The position numbers and the translations under genes were made by a program. Shown one piece after another: positions 52,821 through 63,578 of a stretch of 64,000 nucleotides of DNA. The stretch's first letter is position 1, and each line of letters begins with the position of its first letter. Below the pieces are notes generated by a model. That model searched no databases and was not told the DNA's origin. It worked only from the letters and a program-made list of their open reading frames with translations. The DNA comes from an uncultured Verrucomicrobiae bacterium (GTDB lineage: Bacteria; Verrucomicrobiota; Verrucomicrobiia; Chthoniobacterales; JAFAMB01). The stretch is from positions 1-64,000 of the forward strand of contig CAWAIK010000005.1 in NCBI GenBank assembly GCA_963782115.1, in the 5' to 3' direction.

Positions 52821-53481
52821 TCATCGTCGCGTTGGACGGAGCGAATGCAGGCCAGGAAAAATAGTGCTGCCCCTCTTTCGAGGTAGTCGATAAACGCTCT
52901 TTTGGCCGATAGCCCACACTAACTTGGAGTGCGCCGGCAAACTGTCGTCATGCCGCGGGTCGATGGATGTCAAGGTTTTCAACCACGCGTCAAATTGATC
53001 CTCATCGTTTGTCGCCGAAGACTGGCCGGCCCAGAGGTCGCTTTCGCGAGGATCTCGGCCGAAGTAACCTGTTATCAGCTGGCGAATACAAGAAAAAATG
53101 TTGAGGATTCGGACATGACTCTGGCGTTTTGCGCACTTTCGTCTCGTCACCCCTTACCACCATAAAACCGACGCAGACCGCCTCCACATGGGTCCCCATC
53201 GCTGCCAGGGACAAATCGGGCACCGGAAGCATCGGAGGAGCAACCGCAAACATTGCCCCTCCCTGCGCCAAGGTGGGAGTCCAGGCCCTTCGAACCTGCA
53301 TGAGTCCGGTAAGCGCAGCAAAGACCGTCATCAACGCCACGAGGAACAGGCTGAAATCTTTTAACCCCTTTGGCTTCGGGCAAAAAAGCGCGTTGACCCG
53401 CTCCACTCGTACGAAGTAGAATCGATGTAAGTTTAGCCCGCCTCCGGCCAGACGTGAGCGAATACAAAGACCTCGCTAGGT

Positions 53482-54426
53482 ATGAATGGTGACAAGAAAC
53501 CGGCGATGCGCAGAATTATCTGGAGTCATAGACAGAAGGTCCGGAGCTTTAGCGCATGGTTCCTGGTTCTGTTGCTGAGCTTGGCGTACCTCCAATCGTC
53601 CCGTGCAGGCTCTGCCTCGGACACTTTTGGCGACAGCTTGGATCCACTGTCGGCCCTCGGAGATTATTTCGGTGATTGGTTTAAGCGGGTCGATGAGACA
53701 CAGGCGGTACAACCGCACTGGAAGCCGCCTCTCTTTACGACCTCGCCGCTCCTCACCCAACTATACAAATACGATCAATATTGGCAGCATCTTTCTAACG
53801 GTGGCGGAAATGTGAAAGTCTTCGACGCTGGAAAGGGATTGGAATTGATTCCGGCAAAGACGATCGAGTTGATTTTTGGGCTTCCGCCTTATGAACAACG
53901 ATCCGGAAAAAATCCGGCCCAGGGTTTTGGCGACTGGCCCTTTCTGCTGATCAAAAATCGTTTTTCGAGCGCTAACGAAGAAAATGGCAACTATATCTTG
54001 ACCGGCCTCCTCGCCTTTAGCGCGCCAACCGGATCCCGCGCGTTTACTACCCATAATTTCGCCATAACGCCATCTATTGCCGCCGGAAAAGGCTGGGGGG
54101 ACTTCGACGTGCAGTTGACTTTCGGTGATATCCTCCCGACTGGAGATTTTCATAAGCTCGGCACACCGCTTCTAACTAACGTCGCTTTCCAATATAAGGT
54201 GCTCAAACTGTTATGGCCCCAAGTCGAAGTGAATTACACCTATTGGCCAAACGGACCAAATAGGGGGAAGAACCAGGTCTTCCTTTTACCGGGAGTCGTG
54301 CTTGGGCCTATCCCGCTGTACGGGCGACTAACGTGGAGCGTGGGAGCGGGCTACCAATTTGCCATCAGCCACGCTCATCCACAATACGTGAACAACTGGA
54401 TCTTTGACTTCCGAATTAATTTTTGA
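53482..54426 (+). CDS. Putative outer-membrane beta-barrel protein
   Basis: Signal peptide, amphipathic strands, GFGDWPF...APTG, C-terminal WIFDFRINF (terminal Phe). Confidence 0.7.
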   Translation: MNGDKKPAMRRIIWSHRQKVRSFSAWFLVLLLSLAYLQSSRAGSASDTFGDSLDPLSALGDYFGDWFKRVDETQAVQPHWKPPLFTTSPLLTQLYKYDQYWQHLSNGGGNVKVFDAGKGLELIPAKTIELIFGLPPYEQRSGKNPAQGFGDWPFLLIKNRFSSANEENGNYILTGLLAFSAPTGSRAFTTHNFAITPSIAAGKGWGDFDVQLTFGDILPTGDFHKLGTPLLTNVAFQYKVLKLLWPQVEVNYTYWPNGPNRGKNQVFLLPGVVLGPIPLYGRLTWSVGAGYQFAISHAHPQYVNNWIFDFRINF

Positions 54427-54437
54427 GAGCGCGATCG

Positions 54438-54545
54438 GCTTGCGTTCATCCCGTGGTTCCCGCTGGCGTCAGGCAAGGTTGCGAACATGCTCCTGGAAAG
54501 GGTTGCGAAGAATCACCAAAAAACGCCGAAGCAGGTTGCCCTTTG
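54438..54545 (+). pseudogene. Aldo/keto reductase C-terminal fragment
   Basis: LAFIPWFPLASG...VAKNHQKTPKQVAL. Confidence 0.6.
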
Positions 54546-54699
54546 TTTGGCAAGCTTGATTGAATCATCGGCAAATCCCCGGGTGGCAGCGGCGCCGGTT
54601 CGCTATTCCAAGATTTAACCGTAGGTAGTTGGAGTAAGATCGCAGCGGATGCGGTTAACAAATAATCGCACTTTTTGATCCCCTATCAGTTTCACTGAT

Positions 54700-54891
54700 G
54701 TATCTGTTTAGCGTCATGTCCCAATCGTCCTCGTCGTCGTCCTTCGTCCTCGTCCATTTTTCAGGTGGCACGAGCGGAACTTCCGCCGCTTGCTTTCTCC
54801 ATTCATCCCTCTTCCATCCTGGCAAACTGCCTCGATCCCAAACCGAGAACGAAGGACGAGGACGAGGACGATTGGGGCGCTCAACACATAC
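54700..54891. mobile_element. MITE family 2 (192 bp) with 8-bp TSD
   Basis: TIR gtat[c/g]tgtt[t/g]agcg...cccaatcgtcctcgtc; TSD tcactgat at 54692..54699 and 54892..54899; empty paralogous site at 10704..10711. Confidence 0.88.
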
Positions 54892-55473
54892 TCACTGATA
54901 GGAAGAGGCAGGCGTGTCGAGTTAACCCAAATAGGCCCCGCCACCAATGGAACGATCACATGTAGTTTTCCATTGCCATTAACTAATCGAGTGCCTTCAT
55001 GAATGAAATGAAGGGCCCTTTTCTTTTGCCAACTCGGCTAACAACGCAGCGCTAGCCAAAGCACGGGACATTTATCTCTCGCTCGGGGCAAAGCCGCTGG
55101 CAAGTGACCAGGCTGAAGTTACAAACCACACTCTCAGACGTTCGTCTGAACTGAAGTCAGAAAATGTCGGCTTCTTGATGCTGTATTCGGTATCGCGACC
55201 GAGCCGCTCTCGCCTGCTTGCCAGAGCTGCCTCTATCCCCTCAGGTCGAAGCCCCTTCGGCCGCCGTGCACTGAGTTGGCCTGCCGCCGAATCAGTGGGC
55301 TTGAGGAGCACGGCCGAACCACCTCGATTTAACGCGAAGATCATCACAAGGGGTCAGCCCGAAGCCCATAGCCCGTAGGAGCTAAATATAAGCCCTCTTC
55401 TGAAGGATAGAATGTTTGCATCTCTATGATAGTTTGCAGTGAACCAGTATCATCGAGAATGTGAGGTAAGGTT

Positions 55474-55671
55474 ATGAGCGAATCAGATTACTATGCCGGC
55501 GAATTTAACGATCGAGAAATAGACACGGTAGCCGATGCCGGCGACTTTTACCTGGATCGCTCGGGCTTTTTCTTGATGCCGACTCAAGAGGAGATGCGTA
55601 AGCTGGTGGACGAGGGCATCGTAATGCTCACTTGCGAATTGCTTTCGAAGCAATTGGAGAAAGGCAAATAG
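55474..55671 (+). CDS. Hypothetical acidic protein (65 aa)
   Basis: gaggtaagg RBS-like sequence; no recognisable domain. Confidence 0.4.
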   Translation: MSESDYYAGEFNDREIDTVADAGDFYLDRSGFFLMPTQEEMRKLVDEGIVMLTCELLSKQLEKGK

Positions 55672-55899
55672 CAACCAATACGGGGTTTTTGCCCGGCCTA
55701 GGAAATAACAAAACACCGGATGATAGCCCGGTCGGTGTGAGACCGAAAGGCCGGACACAAGCCCCGAACAACGAAAAACGAGGCGAATTTATGTTAGTGA
55801 AGAGACGATTGGGGTCTCTGAGACAGGGTATAACAAAGGGAACGGACATAACCATAAAAGGTTTTCAAAAGCATTCCACTAGAGACGACACCCAGAAAG

Positions 55900-58535
55900 C
55901 CAATCAATCCTCTTCAATCGGTCTAATCATTCGCCAGAAGGAGCCAAAGGTGTTGGAGACTCCCCTGGATCGGGTTGACTCGTTTCTGACTCCGACGGAG
56001 CTGTTCTACGTACGCAGTCACTCCCCGGCCCCGAAACTAGAGCTGGCTTCTTACCGGCTACACATCGATGGCGCGGTCAGGAGGCCGTATTCACTAACCT
56101 ACAAGGAATTGCGAGACATGCCGGCCGAGACGCGCGTCGCCCCTCTTGGAGTGCGCAGGCAATGGTCGGGTCTTCCTTGTTCCCCAGACCCAAGGAGCAC
56201 AGTGGGAACTCGGCGCAGTCGGCAATGCAGAATGGACCGGGGTCCCTCTGAGCGCTTTGCTGGAGCACGCCGGTTTGGTAGAAGACGCTTGCGAGATCGT
56301 GCTCGAAGGACCTGATCGCGGAGTACCGAAGGGAAGGGGCGATACCTCCCGGTCCGATCTCCTATGCCCGTAGTGTGCCTCGAGCAAAAGTACTTCGACG
56401 CGAAGTACTGATCGCTTACCAGATGAACGGCCATGATCCCTTTGAGGCCTACGTGCGAGCACGGTGGGCGGATTTGAGCCGCTCGGAAACCTACGGGATT
56501 GGTAAACGGCTGCGCGAAGAAATTGAGTCGGTCTTCGCGGTGAAGCTTTGCCAAGAAACGCTGCGGCCTTTGATCGGGCAGTTAAAGCGCCAGCCTGTGG
56601 TAGGCACCCACGGAGCCGAGCAAGCAGCGACTGGGTCGCCAAAGGAGTCTGGGGCCGAGCCAACAACCGCAGACGGTCTCCAGCAGTCTGGGCAAAATGC
56701 TCCTGAAAATCAAAGGGTTAGCTCGCAAAGCGAGGAGATTACTTGCGGTTGTTGTCCGGCACTGCAAGCAGCGCCGCAGACGGTGTGGTGTGATCACGCT
56801 GGGGTGCTGGTCTTTGCGCCGAGCTTGCTGGCCATCGCGCAGGTGCTCGATCCGCCGGAGGCACGCTTCACACAATGGCTGGCCAGTTTGCTGTTGGGCG
56901 CGCTCAATATCGAACAGACCAAGTTCCTGAACTGGCAAGACATGGCGCAGCTCTTGGGCTCGGTGGTGCGCTTTCCGCACCCCCAGCGCCAGGAATTGGA
57001 ACGGCTGGCGACGCAGGCGAGCTTTCAAAGGCTGGCCTGCTTCAATGCCCGGTGCTTGGGAGCCGGCGAGCAGAGCGACTTCTACTTCGATCCGCATACC
57101 AAGCAGTACACCGGCCAGGAGAATGTGCTCCAAGGATGGTGTCCGGCTATTCGGGGAGCGGACAAGGCGATGCACAGCGATTTTATCCACACGGCAGCCG
57201 GAGAACCGCTTTACTTTGAGACGAGCGATAACTTTTCCGATCTGCGTCAGCGCTTTTTCGAGCTCGTGGAGCGTTGTCGCCAAGTGTTGGAGTGGCCCCA
57301 GGAGCGGGCGATGAGCTGGGTAGCAGACCGAGGTATTTTCGGGCAGGAAGTCTTCGAGAAGGTGCTCTGCGATGAGAGGATGCATCTGATCACCTGGGAG
57401 AAAGGTTATCAGGCGCAGAGTTGGCCGCCCGCAGAGGGAGTGAGCGGCTCGATGGTGATCGAGAGGACGCGTAATCGCGCCGATGACATCCGTTCTTATC
57501 ATCTGCAATATTGGGACCGGCGCTGGCCCAAAGACGAGCGGCTGCGCCAGATCGTGGTGCAAGCGACCAACCCCAGTGGCCACTCAATTCAAGTGGCGGT
57601 TTTGACCGACGACATCCAGCGCGAGCCAAGCGAGATTCTCCGGTTGATATTCTGCCGCTGGGTCCAGGAGAACGATTTCAAGTATCTGGACAAGCATTTT
57701 GGCATCAACCAGATCACCAGCTACGGAGTCGTCGGCTACGAGGAGTTAGCCGAGCATGTAGAGGATCGACAGGTGCGCAGCGCTGAAGCCAAAGCCCTAG
57801 GGGAGCAACGCCGCCAGCTTCGGGCTGGGCAAGGGCGGCTGTTATTGCTCCAGGCCCGCAGCGAGCACGCAGCCACACTGCGCCACAAACGCATAGAAGA
57901 ACTCGAACAGGGGCCTGTTGCCGATCAGACCAATAAGGAATTGAGTCGCTTGCGCAAGGCGCAAATCCGCTGGCAAAGCGACAAGCCGGAGCGCCAGCAA
58001 CAGATTGAGGCTCTAAGCCGGGAACTGGCCGAATTGGAAGTTAGGGCCGAGACGGTGCAAAAGACCGAGTCACGCCTGGAACGTCTGATCGAGGAGCAGA
58101 TGGTGCGGCTGGATCCGGACAAGAAGCGCTTGATGGACAACTTTCGAGTGATCGCCCGCAACGTGTTCTACGCGGCGCTGGGACCTTTCAAGAAGGCCTA
58201 TAACAATTACCGCGACGATCATGATCAGTTCCGACAGTTGACGCAGTGCAGCGGGGTATTGGAAGTTGCAGCAGAGCAGATCGTGGTGCATCTGATGCCG
58301 CGGGTAAACTACCCTCCACGAGTGCGGCGAATCATCACCAAGCTGTTGGCAGAACTCAATGCCAAAGAACCGGTGTTCCCCGACGGCAGCGGGCGACGAT
58401 TCAGGTTGCGTCTGGCCAGCCGCAGCGAGCTGCGGCTCTCCATCGCCAGGACTCCCAAGATCATGGATACCCGGTACGCGCGATTGTGCCGGGTCATTAC
58501 GCAATGGCTTCCGTCAAATGGCTGACACGGATCTA
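55900..58535 (+). pseudogene. Sulfite oxidase-family molybdoenzyme, frameshifted, split and truncated
   Basis: FLTPTELFYVRSH, ECAGNGR, GAVGNAEWTGV, AYQMNGHD | insert | QDHGYPVRAIVPGHYAMASVKWLTRI. Confidence 0.88.
56439..58452 (+). mobile_element. Large DDE putative transposase segment lacking its own start, stop and visible TIRs
   Basis: FYFDPHTK, VADRGIF, RWVQENDFKYL, long coiled coil; in frame with the upstream sulfite oxidase piece. Confidence 0.75.
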
Positions 58536-58567
58536 CGCCATCACCATTATGCGAGACGGTGCATTAG
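58535..58567. mobile_element. Short solo end (type B) of MITE family 1
   Basis: acgccatcaccattatgcgagacggtgcattag; truncates the sulfite oxidase remnant. Confidence 0.75.
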
Positions 58568-58607
58568 AAGGAGGAGAACGCCCCTTAAGCTTAAGACGCT
58601 GTTGGAG

Positions 58608-59084
58608 TTAACGTGCCTGTCGGCCTGTCGGGTTCAACGTGCCGTTACTATTGCGGAGCAAACCGTCAATGGATAAGGCGCCGGCGCCCCGGATCAGTAC
58701 GGCTACAGCAAGACCGATCGCAAGCAGATGATACTCAAATCCCTCGCCTTTCTGCTGACCGAACCAGTTCATATAAAAGCCAAACTGCACGTGCACCATC
58801 GCAACGGCGCCAGCCATCAGCAATATGATCGCTCCACTCGCAACTCGCGCAAACACCCCGCAGATCAAAGCGAGAGAGCCGAGAAATTCACTGAGAATGA
58901 CGAAGAGCCCCAGCGCAACAGGCATCCCCATTTTGGAAAAGGTTCCCAGGGTCTCCGCGAAACCGTAGCCGCCGAACCAACCCAACGCTTTCTGGGCGCC
59001 GTGCGCGAAGAAGATGAGTCCCAGGGTGAGCCGAATAATCGTGAGGACCGGGTCATTGGTAGTCTGCAACAAACGTTTAATCAT
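58608..59084 (-). CDS. DoxX-family membrane protein
   Basis: IRLTLGLIFFAHGAQK, GFEYHL, GAGALSID. Confidence 0.92.
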   Translation of the reverse strand: MIKRLLQTTNDPVLTIIRLTLGLIFFAHGAQKALGWFGGYGFAETLGTFSKMGMPVALGLFVILSEFLGSLALICGVFARVASGAIILLMAGAVAMVHVQFGFYMNWFGQQKGEGFEYHLLAIGLAVAVLIRGAGALSIDGLLRNSNGTLNPTGRQAR

Positions 59085-59117
59085 AGCAACAATACTTTGA
59101 CTTCAAGTATCTTTATG

Positions 59118-59213
59118 TCAAGATATTTTGCACAACTCGCAGTCAATGCACTGATCATCGAAGTAAAACTTTCCGGATACGTTTTCCGCGCATTTATTCG
59201 CACTGTCGGCCAT
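59118..59213 (-). pseudogene. Truncated ferredoxin
   Basis: MADSANKCAENVSGKFYFDDQCIDCELCKIS* has CxxCxxC but no C-terminal half. Confidence 0.7.
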
Positions 59214-59485
59214 AGATTCTCTTTCGTTAGTCTTCCCGAAGAACGTTTGGAATTGGGACGAGAATCCGCGCCCGCAGCGGTTCAATCTTAGGCTGGACTG
59301 GCGTCGTCGAAGAACGAATCGATCTCCCGGTCAGGTAGGGGCCCGAGTGCTCCGAGCGCTTGTTAGCCCTCGTCGATGATATACCTCTTGGCGTACTGTT
59401 TTAATACATGATCCAGGTCCTCTTGTTCCCAAACGTCACCCCGGTTTGGCGATCGATATAAACGACGCCAACTGCATCGGTTAAA

Positions 59486-59617
59486 GTTGGACAGGTTGCG
59501 GGACGAAAATTTGCAGCGCGGGTTGTAGGGACGGCCGGGGCGATCAACCCGACGGCCAAAAAGATTGTTGACTGAGCTGGAAGTGCCCAACAAAACAGGT
59601 GAGCTCTTCCCGGGTGC
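59486..59617 (+). pseudogene. Internal fragment of an MFP paralog
   Basis: Near-identical to 6231..6361 with one extra base. Confidence 0.85.
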
Positions 59618-59885
59618 GGCAGCGGAGCGCAGGGGGGCCATCTCAGGGAGAAACCCAAGCTCGGATAACTCCTGATAAATGCGCTTCTCGTCACTTTACT
59701 CCCGGTTTGTCGGCTACTGGGAAGCAGTCGCCACATGCTCCGAAATCCCAGCCCGTCGGGTGGGAGGGCATAGTTGCTCCTCCATGGCAGGAGCAACGCC
59801 GTGGAGCAACGCCCGGGGTGGAAAGGACGGGCGCGAAAAAGGGGCTGCCGATTAGCAGGCTCCTCAAGCAAGGTCGAAAGCTAGG
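59614..59885 (+). ncRNA. Possible group II intron 5' fragment
   Basis: Begins GTGCG where MFP homology ends; nested stems gcgca/tgcgc, tcagg/cctga, ttgctcct/aggagcaa; no RT or domain V seen. Confidence 0.4.
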
Positions 59886-60134
59886 CTATCTGTTTAGCGC
59901 GGTGTAGGACCTCTCCCAATCGTCCGAACTGTGAATAAATTTGTAAAAAACGTTAACGGACCACCTCAGATGTCTCGATCTTTGAACGTTGTCGGCAATC
60001 GGCGCGTTTCCCCCGTCCATAGAAGTCGAGAACGACGACGATTACGATTTCAGAACAAGAGGACGAGTGGGGATTAAGGGGCGTTTCATTCGTTGCTGAT
60101 CGAGATTTAGACAATGCAGGCCCACGTGCCTCCG

Positions 60135-60273
60135 ATGGCTCTCAAAGACAGTGACTCTTTGTGATCTTTGCGATCTTCTGTTCAAAAATGACTTTTGCTT
60201 TTTTTCTGTCTTAGTGCCGGGAGAACGAAGAAAAATCATTTGCACAGAAGATCACAAAGGTCACAAAGACAAT
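60135..60273. repeat. Inverted copy of the 27328..27458 repeat
   Basis: Direct comparison; one additional 9-nt unit. Confidence 0.8.
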
Positions 60274-60399
60274 CCTTTCGATAGAAACGGCCTACGCCCG
60301 GAGCCACATCTATGCCCCCGATCAGTGCCAAAGGCCCAGTAAATCCCGAAACAGGAAACTATGCGGATGAGCATGGAAGAGTTCGGCGATCCTCAGGGT

Positions 60400-60545
60400 C
60401 TACCGTTTCTTCACCGGCTGGCCATTCTGGGCCACCGCGGCCTTCACGAGCGCCTTGAACGCGCCCGCGTCGACCGGATATCGATCGCCCTTCGCGCGTT
60501 GCCTTCCAAACTGGAATTGAAGAGGCGCGATGGGGTCTGGGATCC
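60400..60545 (-). pseudogene. DUF1801-family C-terminal remnant
   Basis: LFNSSLEGNARRAIDI...AFKALVKAAVAQN; usual third gene after ArsR-SRPBCC. Confidence 0.7.
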
Positions 60546-60601
60546 TGGCACGCTATGCAACTCTGTAAACGGGGCCTAGCTTCGAATTGTGCCGGCAGAC
60601 T

Positions 60602-61009
60602 TCAATCTATCCGCGCCAATACCTGCTCCAAGGCCGCAAAGAACTGCTGCCACCCGCCCTTGGCGCCCTGGTAGGCCTGCTGCTGATCCGGCCTGAACCC
60701 CGACTGCTCCATGCGCAGGTGGGTCCCCGTGCTCGTTGGGGAGAGAGTCCAAGTGACGACACTCTCGAGACCATAGGCCGCCCACGTGTAAGACAGCCTT
60801 TTGTTCGGCTCGACTGCCAGGACCTGACAGTCGACAACGCCCCAGTCTGCGCGAAGATTAAAACGGTGACCCACCAGCGGCTGGAAATCATTCTTCATCA
60901 GCCACTCCTCTATCAGGGGGCTTTGCGTGAGCGCACGCCAGATTTTTTCCGGGGGATGCGGCATCTCCCGTTCGACGACAAGGGAACGCGTGGTGTCTGG
61001 TTCAATCAT
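60602..61009 (-). CDS. SRPBCC/AHSA1-like protein
   Basis: VVEREMPHPPEKIWRALT, VEPNKRLSYTW, GGWQQFF. Confidence 0.92.
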   Translation of the reverse strand: MIEPDTTRSLVVEREMPHPPEKIWRALTQSPLIEEWLMKNDFQPLVGHRFNLRADWGVVDCQVLAVEPNKRLSYTWAAYGLESVVTWTLSPTSTGTHLRMEQSGFRPDQQQAYQGAKGGWQQFFAALEQVLARID

Positions 61010-61329
61010 TGATCCATCCTTTTCAACAAAGAGTCGAGGCGGTCAAACCGTTCGCGCCAGAAGGCACCATAGAGGCTCATCCAGTCGATCAGGGGCGCTA
61101 GGGCTTGCGGTTGTGCGCGGTAGTGCGCCTCGCGTCCCTCGCGCCGGTCGCGCACCAGCTTGGCGTGCTTTAGAACGCCCAAATGCTTCGAAACTGCCGG
61201 TTGCGATACTCCAGCGCGATCAGTCAAGGCGTGAACTGTTTGTTCCCCATCGCGGGCCAAGCGCTCGAAGAGAGCCCGCCGCGTTGGGTCAGCAAGAGCC
61301 TTGAAGACATAGTCCACCACAGCTTGCAT
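61006..61329 (-). CDS. ArsR/SmtB-family repressor
   Basis: VFKALADPTRR, SQPAVSKHLGVL; ATGA overlap with SRPBCC. Confidence 0.92.
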   Translation of the reverse strand: MQAVVDYVFKALADPTRRALFERLARDGEQTVHALTDRAGVSQPAVSKHLGVLKHAKLVRDRREGREAHYRAQPQALAPLIDWMSLYGAFWRERFDRLDSLLKRMDQ

Positions 61330-61339
61330 TCCAAAATGC

Positions 61340-61355
61340 ATAACCATACGGTGAT
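61340..61355. promoter_or_regulatory. Candidate ArsR autoregulatory operator
   Basis: Imperfect palindrome ataacc-atac-ggtgat just upstream of the start. Confidence 0.5.
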
Positions 61356-61491
61356 GGATTGTCAACATCTTGAGCCAACTACTAGGCAGATTCGTGTAAT
61401 TTTATACGCGAAGGAACCGTCATTCCATATCCATATTTCGACGCTGAGACGTGGCCAAGGAATCTACCCGCCGCAGTGATGCCCAGCGCCA

Positions 61492-62130
61492 GTGCGGCAC
61501 CACAGTCCAGGCCCTCGTGATTATGGGACAGAGCTCTTCAGTCGAGAAAAGGTTTATCATGACCCCGCCATCCCCTGGAAAGAGACCAAAATCTTTCATG
61601 GTTCTCGACACCGCAGGATTCGCTTCAAGGAAGTCAGCCAACTGCTCTGGCAACGCGGAGGTGGCCGACGGCTTTTGCGGCTCTTGGTCCTCGCGCCCAC
61701 CCCCTATCGCAAGACCAAAGAGGGACAGTTCTATTACCGGCAAAAGGCCTACCTGTTGTGCGACGACAACCAGTTGGCGGCCAAAGAACTTTTGCAAGCC
61801 TACTTCGATCGTTGGCAAATTGAAATCAACCATCGCGACGAAAAAAGCATCCTTGGAGTGGGTCAGGCACAGATCTGGGCCGATTTGAGCGCACCGCGTG
61901 TTCCGGCTTTGATGGTCGCGACCTACAGCTTAATGCTCCTGAGCGTCTTAGAGACCTACGGACCAACGCGCACCAATGACTATGAACTCCTACCCAAGTG
62001 GCGCGACGCCGCCAGGCGTGCGTCCTGCCAAGACGCGGCAACACTCCTGCGTAAACAGATTGAGGCCCGCCAAGGCACGCCCACAAACGTCGTCGGCTAC
62101 CCCTCGATGGTTCAAACCGCTGCGGCCTGA
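61492..62130 (+). pseudogene. 5'-truncated IS701-like transposase
   Basis: Close match to the C-terminal half of 62205..63578 (RWQIEINHRDEK). Confidence 0.88.
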
Positions 62131-62204
62131 AAGGCTCTGCAGTTTGGACATTTGCAACGGCTCCTGACGGCTCCTGACAGCGTCTGATCGGCTGAGATAG
62201 CCGT

Positions 62205-63578
62205 TCAGGCCGCGGCGGTTTGAACCATGGTGGGGTAGCCAACAACATTTGTTGGCGTGCTGCGCCGGGCCTCAATCTGTTTGCGCAGAAGTGTCACCGC
62301 GTCCAGGCAGGAAGGGCGCCGGGCGGCGTTGCGCCACTTTGGGAGCAGTTCATAGTCATTGGTGCGCTTTGGTCCGTAGGTTTCCAGGACGCTCAGGAGC
62401 ATTAAGCTGTAGGTCGCGACCATCAAAGCCGGAACACGCGGCACGCTTAAATCCGCCCAGACCTGTGCCTGACCCACTCCAAGGATGCTCTTTTCGTCGC
62501 GATGGTTGATTTCAATTTGCCAACGATCGAAGTAGGCTTGCAAAAGTTTTTTGGCCCTTAACTTGTTATCGTCGCACAACAGGTAGGCTACTTCGCGGTA
62601 ATTGACATTGCCTGCTTTAGTCTTGCGATACGGGATGGGCGCCACGACAAAGAGGCGCAAAAGCCGTCGACCGCCTCCGCGTTGCCAGAGCAGTTGTCTT
62701 ACTTCCTTGTAGCGGATCCTGCGGTATTTGCCGCCGTGAAAGATTTTGGTCTCTTTCCACGGGATAGTGGAATCTTTATAGACCGATTCGGGACTGAAGA
62801 GCTCTGTTCCATAATAGCGACGACCCTGTCCCTGATGGGGAAAACAGAGCCGCAGGTCTTTGCGAGCTCGCGTAATGAGGGTAGTGCGATCCAAAGGTTG
62901 GCGGAAGGTAGTTTTATTGCAGAAGGAGCCGTCGCCCACGGCCATGAGCTCCTTGTCTGCAAAACCATGGGAGTCCAAGTCTTGACGTAGCTCGCCTACC
63001 ATGTCGACAAAGGCCCTGGAGAGGTTATGGGTCTTTTTTGCCTCACGGTAAGCGGCCTTGTCTTCGGTGGTGGCTTTTTTGCCCGGCTTGCGCACGGGAG
63101 TGACTTCCTGAAAACGGATGGGCAGGCCGCGTGGTGAACTTTCTGCATCAAAGTCGTAGAGAGGTGTTAGCAGCGAGGCCTGGAGGAAGCGCTGGCCCCA
63201 GATCAGGTTGGTGTGAAAAGGTGGACTGAGCGGATCACGCAGCCAGCGGGCGCTCTTAATTTTTTTGCCTGAGCGCTTGAGCCCGGTGTCGTCGAAGGCG
63301 ACCACAATCTGTTCTGAGCAGTATTTGCCGACGGCGGTCTGCATGACAGGGTCAAAAAGAGCGTCTGGCTCCCATCGACTGCGGTTGAAGAGCTTGTAAT
63401 CAGCGCTCCAGTCCAGATGTTGGCGATTGTTAAAACCGATGGCCCGCGTGACAGTGCGACGTCCTAAGCCGCAGAGCAAGCCGAGGGCTAGTGCGATGGC
63501 CCGCTCACAGGTACGTTTTTGGCGGAAGGCGGGCGCCCAGCCTTCAAGTAAATGGAGCAAGAAGTTCTCTAAGAGCAT
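62205..63578 (-). CDS. IS701/IS4-superfamily DDE transposase
   Basis: VAFDDTGLKRSGKK, VGDGSF, RWQIEINHRDEK. Confidence 0.88.
   Translation of the reverse strand: MLLENFLLHLLEGWAPAFRQKRTCERAIALALGLLCGLGRRTVTRAIGFNNRQHLDWSADYKLFNRSRWEPDALFDPVMQTAVGKYCSEQIVVAFDDTGLKRSGKKIKSARWLRDPLSPPFHTNLIWGQRFLQASLLTPLYDFDAESSPRGLPIRFQEVTPVRKPGKKATTEDKAAYREAKKTHNLSRAFVDMVGELRQDLDSHGFADKELMAVGDGSFCNKTTFRQPLDRTTLITRARKDLRLCFPHQGQGRRYYGTELFSPESVYKDSTIPWKETKIFHGGKYRRIRYKEVRQLLWQRGGGRRLLRLFVVAPIPYRKTKAGNVNYREVAYLLCDDNKLRAKKLLQAYFDRWQIEINHRDEKSILGVGQAQVWADLSVPRVPALMVATYSLMLLSVLETYGPKRTNDYELLPKWRNAARRPSCLDAVTLLRKQIEARRSTPTNVVGYPTMVQTAAA

Noticed and set aside
52821..53467. Overlapping 96-134 aa ORFs
   Set aside because: No consistent frame, RBS or recognisable motif
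54720..54880. CRISPR array in short periodic repeats (also 27328, 32357)
   Set aside because: Units are 6-9 nt with no unique spacers and no cas genes
55710..55770. Hammerhead ribozyme
   Set aside because: Has gatga and gaaa but lacks the CUGANGA core in correct stem context
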